Shown: one piece after another, positions 1 to 13,288 of the stretch | Numbering within the stretch: position 1 is the first letter of the stretch | Layout: every line of letters begins with the position of its first letter | Source of the DNA: Phaeosaccion multiseriatum | Taxonomy: Eukaryota > Protista > Ochrophyta, other classes | Assembly: GCA_965112735.1 (NCBI GenBank) | Contig: OZ218962.1 | Coordinates: 1,116,001 to 1,180,000, forward strand | DNA: 64,000 bases | Direction: 5' to 3' | Notes under the pieces: model-generated | Seen by the model: the letters and a program-made list of their open reading frames with translations, nothing else | What the model was told of the DNA's origin: nothing | Database searches by the model: none | Position numbers and translations under genes: made by a program

Positions 1-2091
1 CATACTGAGTGAAGGGGTGGGGATGACTGCGAAACTGCAGCTCCCGCTCGCAGCCCTCTGCAACTCATCTCACACACACTGACAAACACACACACTCTCT
101 CTCTCTCTCACGCATGCACACACACACCCATGCACACACACACTCTCTCTCATACGCATCCACACACACAGACACACTGCCAAACACATACACACTCTCC
201 CTCACACACGCACACGCACACACACACACACCCATACACCCGTATACCTGATGCAGAGTCATGACGCTGGAGGTGCTGGGGTTTGGAGGACGGTTGGCGT
301 TGGCGGAGTGGAGACGATCAGCTCGCTCCTTGGCAGCCGCCATGTTGAGAGCGTGACTATCACCCGTTAGCTGTGTAGGCAGGGGGGGAGGGGGAGGGAG
401 GGAGGGAGGGAGGGAGGGAGAGGATGGTGCAAACAAGTACCTGATGCGTGAGGGGAGTACCTCTGTCGCGCGAAACGAAACACAAGCAGTGAAGGGGGGG
501 TTGGAGGCTTCCTCCTTCCTCTCGCCCGCCTGCTTCTCCTCCTCCTCCTCCTCCTCCTCCTCCTCCTCCTCCTCCTCCTCCTCCTCCTCCTCCTCCTCAT
601 TCTCCCCCTTATCCCCCTCCCCCTCCTCCATGCTCAACCTACGCACCTCCAGCGTGGTGCCCCCCTTGCCGCCGAGGAGCCACTGCCTAAACTCCGCAAA
701 GTCCACCATTCCACTCTCGTCCTTGTCGAGGCGTTTGAACATCTCCTTCGCCTCCGACTCGGACAGTCCGGTCAGCCCAATCCCTGTGGACAGGTGCATG
801 GGTAGGTAGGTAGGTAGGTAGGTAGGTAGGTAGGTAGGTAGGTAGGTAGGTAGGTAGGTAGGTAGGTAGGTAGGTAGGTAGGTAGGTAGGTGGGTAGGTA
901 GGTAGGTAAGTGGGTAGGTCGGTAGGTAGGTAGGTAGGTAGGTAGGTAGGTAGGTAGGTAGGTAGGTAGGTAGGTAGGTAGGTAGGTAGGTAGGTAGGTA
1001 GGTAGGTAGGTAGGTAGGTAGGTAGGTAGGTAGGTAGGTAGGTAGGTAGGTAGGTAGGTAGGTAGGTAGGTAGGTAGTTAGTTAGGTGGGTAGGTAGGTA
1101 GGTAGGTAAGTAGGTAGGTTGGTGGGTAAGTAGGTAGGTTGGTGGGTAGGTAGGTAGGTAGGTAGGTAGGTAGGTAGGAAGGTAGGTAGGTAGGTAGGTA
1201 GGTAGGCAAAAGGGTGGGTAGGTAGACATATGGGGGTACGAGTATGTTAATGAGAGGCACACGCACATGGGCTAGGTAGGCACATAGGCATGGGTATGGG
1301 GTGTAAGCAGGCGTAAAGGTATGGGGGTAGACAGAGGCATACGGGTATGGGGGTAGGCAGAGCCATAAGGGTATGGGGGTAGGCAGAGGCATACGGGTAT
1401 GGGGGTAGGCAGAGGGGTACGGGTAGGCAGAGGCATACGGGTATGGGGGTAGGCAGAGGCGTACGGGTATGGGGGTAGGCAGAGGCATACGGGTATGGGG
1501 GTAGGCAGAGCCATACGGGTATGGGGGGTAGGCAGAGGCATACGGGTATGGGGGGTAGGCAGAGGCATACGGGTTTGGGGGTAGGCAGAGGCGTACGGGC
1601 ATGGCCAGACCAGGTATGAACCAAATCCCTCACCCTAACCCCATAGCCTAACCCACCTTTGAGGCTCTGAAAGAAGTTCTCTCTGGACAAGAGGAGTGAC
1701 TTGGCCTTCTCCGAGTTGCCCGACACAAAGTTGCGATACGCCCTCAGGGACTCCATCGGGCCCCCGTCAATCTTGCACAAGATCCGCTGGCGGAGCTCGT
1801 CATTGTCGAGGGTGAGGGAGGCGTCGCGGATGTTGGACAGCTTCTCCACGCGGTCTTGTGCAGCCTTGATCTTGTCGAGTTGGAGGTTCTTGCCAAGTGT
1901 GAGTCCGGTGCGCATCTTGGCGGGTTCCTCTTCCGCTTCGGCGAGCTTCTCCGCGTTGAGTGCCTCGTCCGCCTTGGCCACGAGCCACGCTCTGAACTCG
2001 GTGTAGTCGATCTCGCCGCACTTGTCGGGGTCGAAGTGGTTGAAGAGGAGGCGGATGTGTGGAGCCTCGACCTGCAGCAACGCAGCAACGC

Positions 2092-2132
<41 letters not shown>

Positions 2133-3407
2133 GCAAACCAATCGATTGCAACCCAACCATTCGTTAGCCAAAACCTTTCATCAACCCTGATCCAACGATT
2201 AACCAACCAGCCGTAGCCAACCACTACCAAACATTAAACCAAGCATTAACAACGATTGACCAACCAACAAACCGACCAACCAACCAACCCAGGTTCGGTT
2301 TCAATTCAAGTGAGACTCAAACGCTAAACGCAACATTCGAACCTAAACTCAAGCTTATTACTCACAGCACGCGAACCTCATACAACCAACACGCATACCT
2401 GCAGCCCGTACTGCTTGATGGCCTGCTGGAACTCGGGAAAGTCGAGGAAGAGCTTCCTCCCCTGGGCAGCCGGACGGAAGTGACGGAAGGCCCTCAACAA
2501 TTCCGAAGCCCCGCCCTTGATCTTATCAATAATGTTCTTGGTGAGGAAGGTGTCGTCCTGCCTCCACGCCTCTCGAGCCTTCTCCCTCTGCTCCTCCTCC
2601 CCTCCTCCTCCTCCTCCTCCTCCTCCTCCTCCTCCTCCTCCGCCCCCCCCTCCTCCTCCCCTCGCTCCTCCTCCCGCTCCTCCTTTAGCGCTGCCGTTGT
2701 TCTTCTTACTGCGCGCGAGCTTGGATAGCCAATGAGATCCGTCGTAGTCGTCGGGCACGAGAGGGTTTCCGGATGGCTCCTTGTGGTCGCGGATCTTGCG
2801 CAGGCTCTCCTCCTTTTCGTTCGTTTCGTTCGTTCGTTTCGTTTGTTGTTTCGTTCATTGTTTCGTGAAGGTGGGGGGAGGGGGGCGCAGGAAGACAAGT
2901 TTGTGGTTGCGTAGTAGGTGAGAATGAGTAGCGAACCAATAGCGAAAACGACTGGAATAAAGGTGGGGAATGAAAACAAATGGACAGCTTGACACGGGAA
3001 GGAGAACGCTGTGGTACTTCTGCTGCTGCCTCCCTCCTTCACTAGAATGGTGTGCTTCACTACTGTGGTGCAACTGTGGTGCAACTGTGGTGTAACTGCT
3101 ACCCACCCATCCTCGCACACTTCGTCCTTCACTCACTTGCTCCAGAGTCCAAAAGTCGGTTTCCGCCGCGCCATTGGTGCCCCCGTGCGTGGCGTTATCA
3201 ATCTTGTCGACCCACATCATGAAGTCGGCAAGGTCGACGACGCCGTCCTTGTTGTGGTCCATGCGAGTGAAGATGGCCCGCACCTCCTCCTCGTCGCGCA
3301 AGTCTCGCATGCACGATTTCACCTTTTGCGAGGGAGGAGGGAGGGTGAGGAGGAGGTGGAGCAGTTGGTGATACAGCAGCACAGCAGCAGCAAGAGCAGC
3401 CGGACGA

Positions 3408-3438
<31 letters not shown>

Positions 3439-5613
3439 CCCCTCCTTGCTCCCCTCCCTCCCGCCGTCTCTCCCTCCTCCCCCTCCTCCCCCTCCTCCCC
3501 TCCCTCTCACCTTGGCCGCAAAGGAGGCCCAAATCATGCTGGACGTGGAGGAAAGAGCCTTGAACACCTTCAGCACATCAAAGTGGCCCTCACGATTGGT
3601 CTCCCCCGCCAGTTCCGTCAGCTTATCCAGCAACATTTCATCGATGATCTGCTGCTGTGCCGTGGTCATGCGCGACATGTGGAGTCGATGCGCATTCTTC
3701 TTAAGGTGTGCCTTGAGTTGGGCCCGATCTGCCTGCTCCAGAGACATCTTGCGCTTTGCACCACCACCACTACCACTACCACCGCTGCCACCGCCATTAG
3801 CCCCATTGTTGTTGTTGGCGCCGCCAGGGCCCATCTCGCGTCTACCCCCTCCACCGAGCACGGCTTGGGTGGGTGGTCCGGAAGCCGCGCGGAGGTCTTG
3901 CTGTTGTCGCTGCTTGCCCTCCTCGCTCGGGAAAGACTCCCCCTGACCGTACCGCTTGTTCGGGGATGGTACCACTGCAATGCCCTGCTCGTCGAGGTTG
4001 CGCTCGCCGGTGTCCAGCCAATAGGCGAACTCGTCAAAGTCAAGCTGAGGGGGGAGGGAAAGGGGTGGTAGGGTATGTGCACGAGCGAGCCGCGAGGGAT
4101 AAGATGATATCATCCATCGACTTGGACTTGGAGAGGACAAAGGGGGGGGACGGGGGCGATAACTGGAAGCGTATTCTAAAAAGTGACAAGTGGCTGCACT
4201 CGAACGTGTCTCTCTGCTCCTCAAAGTCAGTCAAGCGTCCTCAGTCGTCCCCCGTCCCTGCGCCTTCCTTCCTCCCTCCCTCCCTCTCTTCCTTGGGTCT
4301 CAAGGTGGCCCAACTGTCACCGAGTGACCCGTTTCATTCGCGCAAGATGGGGGTGGGGATTTAAGGATTGCCTCCTGGACTCCCAAACTCCTCCACTTGT
4401 ACTTCCTCTCCCACTACACCCCCACCAAACCAAAGCAAACCTCCACACGCACGCACACACACACACACACACAACGCCACAACCCACCTGCCATGTGCGC
4501 GGTTCCGAGTCGAAGAGGTCGAAAGTGGCCTTAATGAGTGATTTGGGCATGAGTTTGCCAAAGCCCGCATCCGCCAACCCGCTCTTAAACTCGTTGAGCG
4601 AGAGAACGTGGCCTTGACCCTTGTGTATGTGTCGGAAGGCCCGGGCGATGAGCTCCTTTGAGCCAGAGCCAGGGGGCAGGGGGGCAAGGAACTTTTTCCG
4701 CAGGTAGTCCCCCAAGAGCTTGGTGTTGCTGTTGTTGCGACTCACCTGGGGGGGGGGGGGGCGGGGGCAAATTGCAAGAAGATAAGGGCATTGTTTGGAT
4801 GATACATACACAGATAGACAGGAATTCCAGGACCTCCCTCCCCCTCCTGCCCCAGAGTGCGCGAGAACTTCGCGAAACCGACTTCGTCTTTGTTTGCCAA
4901 ACAGTGGAAGCGGTAAGGACTAGCAGTACTCGCTTGAGTGGAGCGACAGGGCACCACCCATTCGTATATGCACACAGGCGTCACCGTTCGTCGTAGAGTG
5001 ATGAGAGAGGTGTCCAGACTGACTTGCACCTCGCTTCTCGCAGCTGTACACATTGCTGCTCCCTTGAGTTGCAGTCCACGAATGCTTTTGCCTGGCGTTG
5101 TCCTGTCCTTCCCTCTTCTGTTTAGTCACTGTGTCCTACCCTTCGTCCTTCCACCATCCCCTTTGCCTCTCGGGTCTCTCGGAGCAGGCACACCCCAAGG
5201 CCCCATGTATGAGCTTCCACCACTTGCCTCTCTCCCCCACCTCTCTACTCCTCCACCTCCCTTTACCAGATCTGCAGGCGTCTCTCGTTCTTCTCCCCCC
5301 CCCCCCCCTTCTCTCTTTACTGAAGGGCACGTACCGAATCTGACGAGGACGCAGAGCTTCCTGTTTCTGGACGTGATGCGCTGTGCTGCTGTATGTCCTG
5401 GAGTGATGGCAGATCAATTGGTCCTGCTGCCGCCAGCGACACCGGCCCACTGCCTCCTCCCCCTCCCCCTAAACTCCTCCTTCCCCTCGAACTCGTCATG
5501 GCCGCCCCTGCGGTCGACGGTCGACCCGAAGACAGGCTTGTTGATCTCGCTGTGAGAGGTGGAGGTGTGCCCTTCACCATCAGAGGGCCCACCTTCATGT
5601 CGGAAAGCCCCAT
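1..5613 (-). CDS. Multi-EF-hand calcium-binding protein (multi-exon, 3' end runs off the window)
   Basis: Spliced exons encode EF-hand loops [13 protein letters not shown] (~3135-3322), [13 protein letters not shown] (~1657-2072), [13 protein letters not shown] (~647-784) and [18 protein letters not shown] (4488-4746 joined to 3510-4044). GT-AG junctions. ATG at 5613 has an in-frame upstream TAG. Exons between ~4750 and 5330 are uncertain. Confidence 0.8.
801..1210. repeat. (GGTA)n tetranucleotide microsatellite, intronic
   Basis: About 400 bp of near-perfect GGTA units; reads (CCTA)n on the gene strand just before an acceptor. Confidence 0.95.
1285..1600. repeat. ~26-bp minisatellite (GGTATGGGGGTAGGCAGAGGCATACG)n, intronic
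   Basis: About a dozen diverged tandem copies are visible. Confidence 0.9.
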
Positions 5614-6065
5614 CTCTGTGTCGGGGGTGGCCCCACCTATTGTCTACTGTCCGGTGACCGCAGCTACCAAACGTACAAGCCTCTCCTCCTGGTGATGCTT
5701 GTGGAGATGTATTCTACTTCATCCAAAGAGGCACTCCTGATCCTTTTGCTCGTCTGCTGCTCAAGCCTAGCCCTCCCTCAGTCTGCTGATGCTCCTTGCC
5801 TCTACTAAGACTACCTCCAGCTGGCAAAAGCCTCCTTGCTCTCTCGAGCGCCCTCTCCCACCCCCCTCCGAGGTGTCGTACCCGATCACTCTCCTTCTTA
5901 CTTCAGTCCTCAGTATAGCCCCTCCTTGCTGCTCTCTGGCCGTCCCTCGCACCCTCGAAACGCAAAAGCGACCAACGGTTACGGAAATTGCCGAGGTTTC
6001 CGACGCTGGGATGTAAGAGAACCCCAAAACCTTTTTTCTTCTTTCGCTCCTACCCACTCTGCAAG

Positions 6066-6609
6066 ATGGCCTTGTTCCCCCATGCGAATGGCCACAGAAC
6101 GTATGGCAGCAATAATGATAGTGGGGGAGGTATCTATGTGCAGGGAGTGCACGAAGAAGCGGGAGAGGAGGAGGAGGAGGAGGACGAGGAGGAGGAGTAC
6201 GAGGAGGAGGAGGACGAGGAGGAGGAGGAGGACGATATTGGCGCGAGGAGGGGTGGAGGCGGGAAGAGGCGCATCAGCACCTACGCCAGAGGTACCATGG
6301 TGGTGGATATCCCCGACGAGCCGGAAGGTACCTTCCTCTTCAACTGGAGAACCTTGTGGGCCTACGTCGGGCCAGGTTTTCTGATGTCTTTGACTTATCT
6401 TGACCCGGGCAATCTAGAGGCGGACCTCCAGCAAGGGGCTTATACAGGATACTCTCTTCTGTGGTTGCTGTTCCTGGCGCACGCAGTGGGCTTGCTCTTG
6501 CAGGTGTGTGCCTTTAACGGAGAGGCATGGGAATGGGAAATACGTGGCAGTGGCTACGGGGGGGGGTGGCGCTTCCCCGGCTCTCTTCTCCTCCTCCTCC
6601 TCCCCCCCC

Positions 6610-6645
<36 letters not shown>

Positions 6646-9600
6646 ACATCATCATCTTCCTCCTCCTCCTGCTCCTGCGCCTCTTCCCCCCCCTCCCCCT
6701 CCTCCTCCTTCTCCTCCTTCTCCTCCTGCTGCTGCTGGTGCTCCTGCTGCTCTTGCTGCTCCTCCTCCTCCCCCCCCCCCCTCGGTCACCCAGAGCATGG
6801 CAGCCCGTCTGGGCTGTGTGACAGGCCGGCACCTCGCTCAAGTGTGCAAAGAGCATTACAGCGCACCCGTGGCCATGGCGCTGTGGCTCATGACCGAAAT
6901 CGCCATCGTTGGCGCTGACATCCAGGCAAGCAAGCAACGCAAGCAAGCACAACCTCAAAATTAAACTCCAATTTACCACATGCTTCCATCCTCCCTCTCC
7001 TCCCCATGCCCCCTTCTTCCCCTCCCTCTCTCTCTCTCTCTCCCTCCGTCCCTCCCTCCCTTCACTCCCTCCCTCCCTCCCCCCCTCCCCTTCCTTCTCT
7101 CCCTTCCTCTTTCCCTCCCTCCGTCTCCTCCCTCCCTTCACTCCCTCCCTCCCTCCCTCCCCCCTTCTCTACCTCCCTCTCCTCCTCCCTTCTTCCCATT
7201 GGCTTTCCTGGTCTCACCCCCCCCCCCCCCCCCCCCCCTGCCTCCCTATGCTGCAGGAAGTGGTAGGTTCCTCCATCGCCCTCCGTATTTTGCTCGGGAT
7301 TCCCCTGTGGGTAGGGTGCCTGGTAACTGTCGTGGACACCTTCACCTTCCTGCTCATCGACCGTTACGGCGTCAGGAAGCTCGAGGCGCTGATCATGTTC
7401 CTCATTTCAGGTACGTAATACTTCGTAGTAGTACGTAATTTATACGTCATTGTCCACAGTGTTGTGCAGTCAGGAGGGAGGAAGGAGGGTAGAGGGGCAG
7501 CTATCTATTTTCGTGAGGAGAGGGAGGAGGAGAGGGACGGAGGGATGGACGTCCTCATTCTGAGCCACAGTGCCACTGTCTTCCTCTGTCTCTCTCTCTC
7601 TCTCTCCCCCCCGCGGCCACTCTCTCCCTCTCTCTCTGCCCGCCCCCCCATCCCCCCCCGTCTCTCTCTTTCTCTCCCTCCCTCTCTCTCCACTCCCTCC
7701 CTCCCTCCGCCCTCCCCAGTGATGGTGGTATCCTTCTTCGTCAACTACGGCAAGCACCCGCCCCCCCTCGATGACTTCCTCTCGGGCTTCAGTCCACGTA
7801 TCCACAAATACGCCTATGTCACGGCTGTAGGCGTCTCAGGTGAAGTTAGGTAAAATAAGCAGCCTCACCCTTCACCCTTGCGTCTCACTTGTTCTTGTGC
7901 CTCCTTTTTTTGTGGGGGGCTTTGTTTTGAAAGAAGTATAGAAGGAGCACTGTCCTCATTACAATGGCACCCATGCCCACTACTACCCATGAGCACCCCC
8001 CTCAATCATCATTTTCCATTTTTTTTTCCTTCTCAACCCCTCCCTCCCTCCCTCCCTCCCTCCCTCCTTCCTTCCTTCCCTCCCTCCCTATCTTCCTCCC
8101 TCCTCTCTCTCCCTCCCTCATCTCTCTCTCCCTCCCTCCCTCCCGCCCAACCCTAACTCCTACAGGAGCGGTACTGATGCCTCACTCGCTGTACCTGCAC
8201 TCAGCCCTCGTGCTGTCGAGAGGCATCGATCGCCACCGCCCGCGTAAGGTAAGATGACTTGCCTCCTCACCTCCCCACCCTCCTTCGGTACGACGCGGTT
8301 TCCGTACCTGGCACTCGGTATGGACTCATCTCCCTCCCTTGCGACGGCGCTCTTCTACTTCCCACGCCTACAACACACGCACACAACACACACATGCACG
8401 TACCGTACACATACCACACAAACACCACACACGCACACACACCACACACGCACAAACACACACGCACTAACCTGACACTCGATACTGCTCCCTCCTACCC
8501 ACCGTCCTGACACCTCCTACCCACCGTCCTGGCCCCTCCTACCCACCGTCCTGGCCCCTCCTATTCACCGTCCTGACACCTCCTACCCCACCGTCCTGGC
8601 CCCTCCTATTCACCGTCCTGACACCTCCTACCCCACCGTCCTGACACCTCCTACCCACCGTCCTGACACCTCCTACCCCATCGTCCTGACACCTCCTACC
8701 CCACCGTCCTGATACCTCCTGCCCCCACTGTCCTGGCCCCTCCTATTCACCGTCCTGACACCTCCTACCCCACCGTCCTGACACCTCCTACCCACCGTCC
8801 TGACATCTCCTACCCCATCGTCCTGACACCAAGGTGCGAGAGGCGATCAAATATTGTACGCTGGACAGCTTCCTTGCACTGTTTGTGGCCCTGGTGATCA
8901 ACCTAGCCGTAGTGGGGACTTTCGCGGCTGCTTTCTACGACCAGGGCTGTGCGGAGAGCCCTATGCAACAGTCTGCGTGTGTGACAGGCAGTGCCGTCAA
9001 AGCCAACCAGCCCTCCTACGGGACCTGCTGGACAGGAGGAGGGGTAGGAGGGTGGGAAGGAGGAGGGGGAGGAATAGGAGGAGGAGGAGGAGGAGGAGGA
9101 GGAGGAGGAGGAGGAGGGGGGGTAGGGGGTGGCGTGCCGGGGGTGTGCCAGGAGATCAGTCTACTTGATGCAGCTGAGGCGCTCAAGGGCGCGCTGGGTC
9201 ATTCTGCCAAGTACTTGTGGGCCCTGGGCTTGCTGGCGGCGGGGCAGTCCAGCACCATGACGGGCACATACGCCGGACAGTTTGTGTGCGAGGGCTTCCT
9301 CATGCTCAAAATGTCCAGATGGCAAAGGTGGGTGTGTAAGTGGGTGGGTGGGTGGGTGGGTGGGTGGGTGGAGGAGGTGGGGTGGGTGGGTGGGTGGGGT
9401 TGATTTATCTACTGGATACAGTACCTATTTGTCTCTACAATATTCAACCTGTCTTTTTTTAATTTTTTGTGTCTCCCTTGGCTTTCTCCCTCCCTCCCTC
9501 CCTCCCTCCCTCCCTCCCTCCCTCCCTCTCTCCCTCTCTCCCTCCCTTCCTCCCTCTCTCCCTCTCTCCCTCCCTCCGTCCCTCCCTCACTCCCTCTCTC

Positions 9601-11048
9601 CCTCTCCCTCGTTCCTTCTCTTTCACCCCTCCCTTGCCCCCCTCCGACCCTTGGCGTGATGACTCACTCCCCTTAAGGCTGGTTGCCACTCGAATCCTTG
9701 CCCTCGGCCCCGCCATGGTGGTGACTCTGTGGCTCGGAGGGGACACACCTGCGGCAGATCGGTTGGGAGGGTGGCTCAACGTGTTGCAGAGTGAGTGAGG
9801 GAGTGAGTAGTGAGGGAGGGAGGCAGTGAGGGAGGGAGGGAGTGACTGGGTGAGGGACTGAGGGAGGGAGAGTAAGGGAGGGGGTGAGGGAGTGAGAGAG
9901 TGAGTGAGTTCGATTGCTGATGTTACTGTAGGGGTAATGTGTTGCGTACGTTTAACCAGCGTTTGAGCGTGCAGTGTTGAGCGTTCGAAGCGCTCATGTT
10001 GGCGTTTTCCTTCCTCCTTGAGTGTTGCGTCCCCTCCCAGCCATTGCAGTCATGTCGAATCGAATCTCGAGCGCGAGGAGAGAGGAAAGAGTTGTGGGGT
10101 GGCGCTCTGGCGCGCTCTCTCTCTCTCTCTCTCTCTCTTTCCCTCTTGTCCATGCCTATCTCTGTTTTTGATCTCCTCACTCTCACTCTCTCTCTCTCTC
10201 TCCAATTAATCGTACTTGCCAGCATTCCTTCCACTACTTTTTGTCGTCGTTACGTCCCTGAGCTTCGAATCTGACGAAAGTGAAGAATCCCCTTCCCACC
10301 GCCTCGAGTCTATACCACATCTATGTCACCCTAACGCCCCGTCCCCCCCTTTCTCCTCCTGGACTCCCCTCTTCTCTCTACCCTCACCCCCCCCCCCTCT
10401 CCTCCCACCCCTCCCCCGACATACACTCACACACACACAGGCGTGCAACTACCCTTTGCGCTGCTGCCTCTCCTGCACTTGACCTCGAGCAGCGCCATTA
10501 TGGGCCAGCACAAGATCACCAACACGCTCTTCTGCCTCTGTCTGGCCCTTAGCATGTTTGCCATCTGTGTCAACGTGTACACTGTGGGCACCTCCTTGGT
10601 TGGGGCTGATGCCCAAGTGTCCCAGCCTACCCGGGACCAGGCTTGGTATCAGTGTCTAGTTGGGCTCGGGGGTGCTGTCTACTTGGGGTCTTGTCTAACC
10701 CTCGTGAGGGAGGAGTTGGTGTTCGCCTTCGGGGCGGGGAGTCGGGGTGTATCGGCCCTGCTGCGGGGGTGCTGGCGGCTGCTGCTGGTTGGTTGTGGTG
10801 GGGGTAGGAGAGAAGGAAAAGGAGGAGGGGGGGGAGGAATAGGAGGAGGGGGAGGGGGAGGGAAAGGAGGAGGAGGAGGAACGGGGGCGTACGAGAGGGT
10901 AGGAGATGGAGAGGTTGGAGACGACTTGTCACACGACTCTGATTATTCATCCGTGAGCAGCACGTTGGGTCACATTGGAGAGCTCTCCGAGGAGGATGTC
11001 ATTACGTTGGAGCAGAGAAACAACGGACACATCTACGTGAACATTTGA
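6066..11048 (+). CDS. NRAMP: NRAMP family divalent metal (Fe/Mn) transporter, 8 exons
   Basis: Motifs [61 protein letters not shown] and [17 protein letters not shown]. Approximate exons: 6066-6503, 6794-6925, 7257-7410, 7720-7839, 8166-8248, 8834-9327, 9678-9790, 10441-11048. Confidence 0.95.
8490..8830. repeat. 22-23 bp minisatellite (CCTCCTACCCACCGTCCTGACA)n in NRAMP intron 5
   Basis: About 15 tandem copies ending just before the AAG acceptor at 8833. Confidence 0.92.
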
Positions 11049-12178
11049 GTGCATCTACGTTAACAATGGCGAGTCTTCAACGTCAGAAACGTTTTCCTCC
11101 ACTGGAGATGATTTTATCTCAATTCGATTACTAGTACACCAGTAACCCTCTGATTTCTGCCCTTGCGGACCGACCGCCACTCGACCCTCACCAAAACCCT
11201 GCCGTAATAAGGCCTTTTGCGCGTTGTGCACACTTTTTTCTGCACAGTTTCAGAGCGTCTATTGCGCCCCGTCTTTCTTGTGGAACCGTTCAGTCACTTC
11301 CCCAGGGAGCCCCACTGAGATCATATCCCAGCCTCACTACTACTGGAATTGAACGTGCCTTACTATGCCATAACTTGTCGCTGGATCGACCACATCAACG
11401 CTGCTGCACCGCTTCTTTAATTTTCAAAGAACGGACCCGCCCTGCTGGATGCTCTTCCATCCTTCCATCCATCCCTCCCCCCCCATGCCAAGCACCATCA
11501 CTGGGGACATCAACGAATCGACCAACCAACCAACCAACCAACCAACCAACCAACCAACCAATCAACCAACCAATCAGCCCGTCTGTGATCGGGAGAGAGA
11601 CACTCGAGACAAAAGCGACCGACGAGGGCCATGCTAGATGAGAAGACGAAGTAACCCCCGGGGCTCTGCTGTACTTTCCCAAGGGCCCAAAGTCTCAATG
11701 GGTACAGTAGAGTAGAGCAAGGAGGCGTGGTGCTCCGCGGTGACGATAACTGCGCAAACAAGGCATCGTAAACCCCGTCCCTCGAGCTGATTGATACACT
11801 GCGTCCCGGGTGTTGGCGAGTTGTGGGGCGGACATCCTCTCGACGAAGGTCAAGGTCAAGGCTAAGGTCAAGGTTGAGGTCAAGGTCAAGGCCAACGCGA
11901 CTCCACCCAACACACCAAAGGGATGCGTCGGAAAGCAAGGAGGGGTTCGCTTGCCTTCGGCAGCACACAAAGGCAGCCGCCCGCCACAGCGGACGTAGCT
12001 ACTCGCGGCGTCGCGTCGCCTCGCGTCCAGTAAATAAAAGCCAAGGCAACAAGTCCAGTAAAGTCAAGCCGAGCTACGCCAAGCTAAGCTAAGCCAAGCT
12101 ACGCCAAGCTACGCCAAGCTACGCCAAGCTAAGCTAAGCCAAGCCAAGCCAAACCAAGCCAGGCCAAGTCAGGCCAAG

Positions 12179-13101
12179 TCAGGCGCCCAGCTTGAAGATT
12201 CGCTCCATCGGGACCCACTTAACTCCTTCCTCGGCCCAGGGTAGGCGCTGCTGGAAGGTGTCCATGAGGGCCTCCCACTCCTGGACCTGTGTCAGTCAAT
12301 AAAGGCGTGTGTGTGTGGGAGGGGAGGAGGAGGGGGGGGCTGAGTAGAAGCTCGAGCTCGGGCGACGCATCGACTCAGAGGGGGAGGAGGAGAAGGAGGA
12401 GGAGGAGGAGGAGGAGGAGGAGGAGGAGGAGGAGGAGGAGGAGGGCTGCTCTTATCGGGAATGGTATTGGCTTGACTTGATTGGGATGGGCAAGGCTCTT
12501 GGTCGCGTCGTTCGTCCCCTGCTTTTTTGTCGCCTTTTCCTTCCTTACCTTGGGGTTGGAGGCGTCTGAGGAGGCCTTGGCAGAGCCGTCAAATTCGTCC
12601 TGTTGCACAACACAGTAACGATAAAGAGCAAAGAGGGGTTAGAAAGCTACCTCAGACTCTGTGTCCTAGTGCCGTCTCTAGGTACCCGTGCTCGATAGAG
12701 CCAAACCTTTTACTCCTCCCGACGTCCCTCTGTTTCCATGTCCGCGGTCGCAGCGAGCAGCACGTACCGTAGTTTCCATTATCATCATCAGGCGATTAGC
12801 CACTGAGTGCGTGGAGAAGCAGAGACAAGAGGCAGAGAAGGGCAAAAAAGAAAAGGTCGGCTTTAGTGACGTGCTCTTCCCCTTCTTCTATCCATCCCTC
12901 CCCTCCTTTCTCGCCCCTGCTGCAACAGCAACCGGGCTTATTTCTGGACTCACCAAGAAAGATCTCCATATCCAGAATCCCGGCACTCCGGATGGAGTCC
13001 GTGATCTCGGGCCACACATTACCAGCAGCGTGGTGCTCCTTGTACTTCTCGATCAAAGAAGGGTCGTCCTTCAAGTCGCAGGCCATGCAAAAGCGCTTCA
13101 T
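12179..13101 (-). CDS. rhaM: L-rhamnose mutarotase (RhaM family), 4 exons, 113 aa
   Basis: Exons 13101-12954, 12802-12768, 12599-12549 and 12286-12179 splice in frame with GT-AG to give MKRFCMACDLKDDPSLIEKYKEHHAAGNVWPEITDSIRSAGILDMEIFLVANRLMMIMETTDEFDGSAKASSDASNPKVQEWEALMDTFQQRLPWAEEGVKWVPMERIFKLGA. The Y..H...VWPE and QEWE.LM motifs are typical of the family. Confidence 0.88.
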
Positions 13102-13288
13102 CACGTTTCCTGGGGGAGATAGAGGAAAGGATGCTACTCACAAGACCCAGATAAGACCCAGGATGGAGCCGAACGAAATCGAATCCGGCCCTGACTCACA
13201 ACTGGGCTCACAACGGCCTTCTCCTCACACCCTTCTTCTTCCTTCTTTCTCTCTCTACCCCATAAGATGGGCCCCCATTAAGAGAATA

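Noticed and set aside
687-1602. ORFs of PTYL and PYAS repeats, and similar PPSL, GREG, THSL, VCVC and poly-K/F ORFs throughout the window
   Set aside because: They are stop-free translations of intronic micro- and minisatellites.
12866-13288. N-terminal extension of the 448-aa WW ORF overlapping rhaM
   Set aside because: It starts at a non-ATG codon and is antisense to rhaM exon 1; ATG 13289 just before the WW domain is more plausible.
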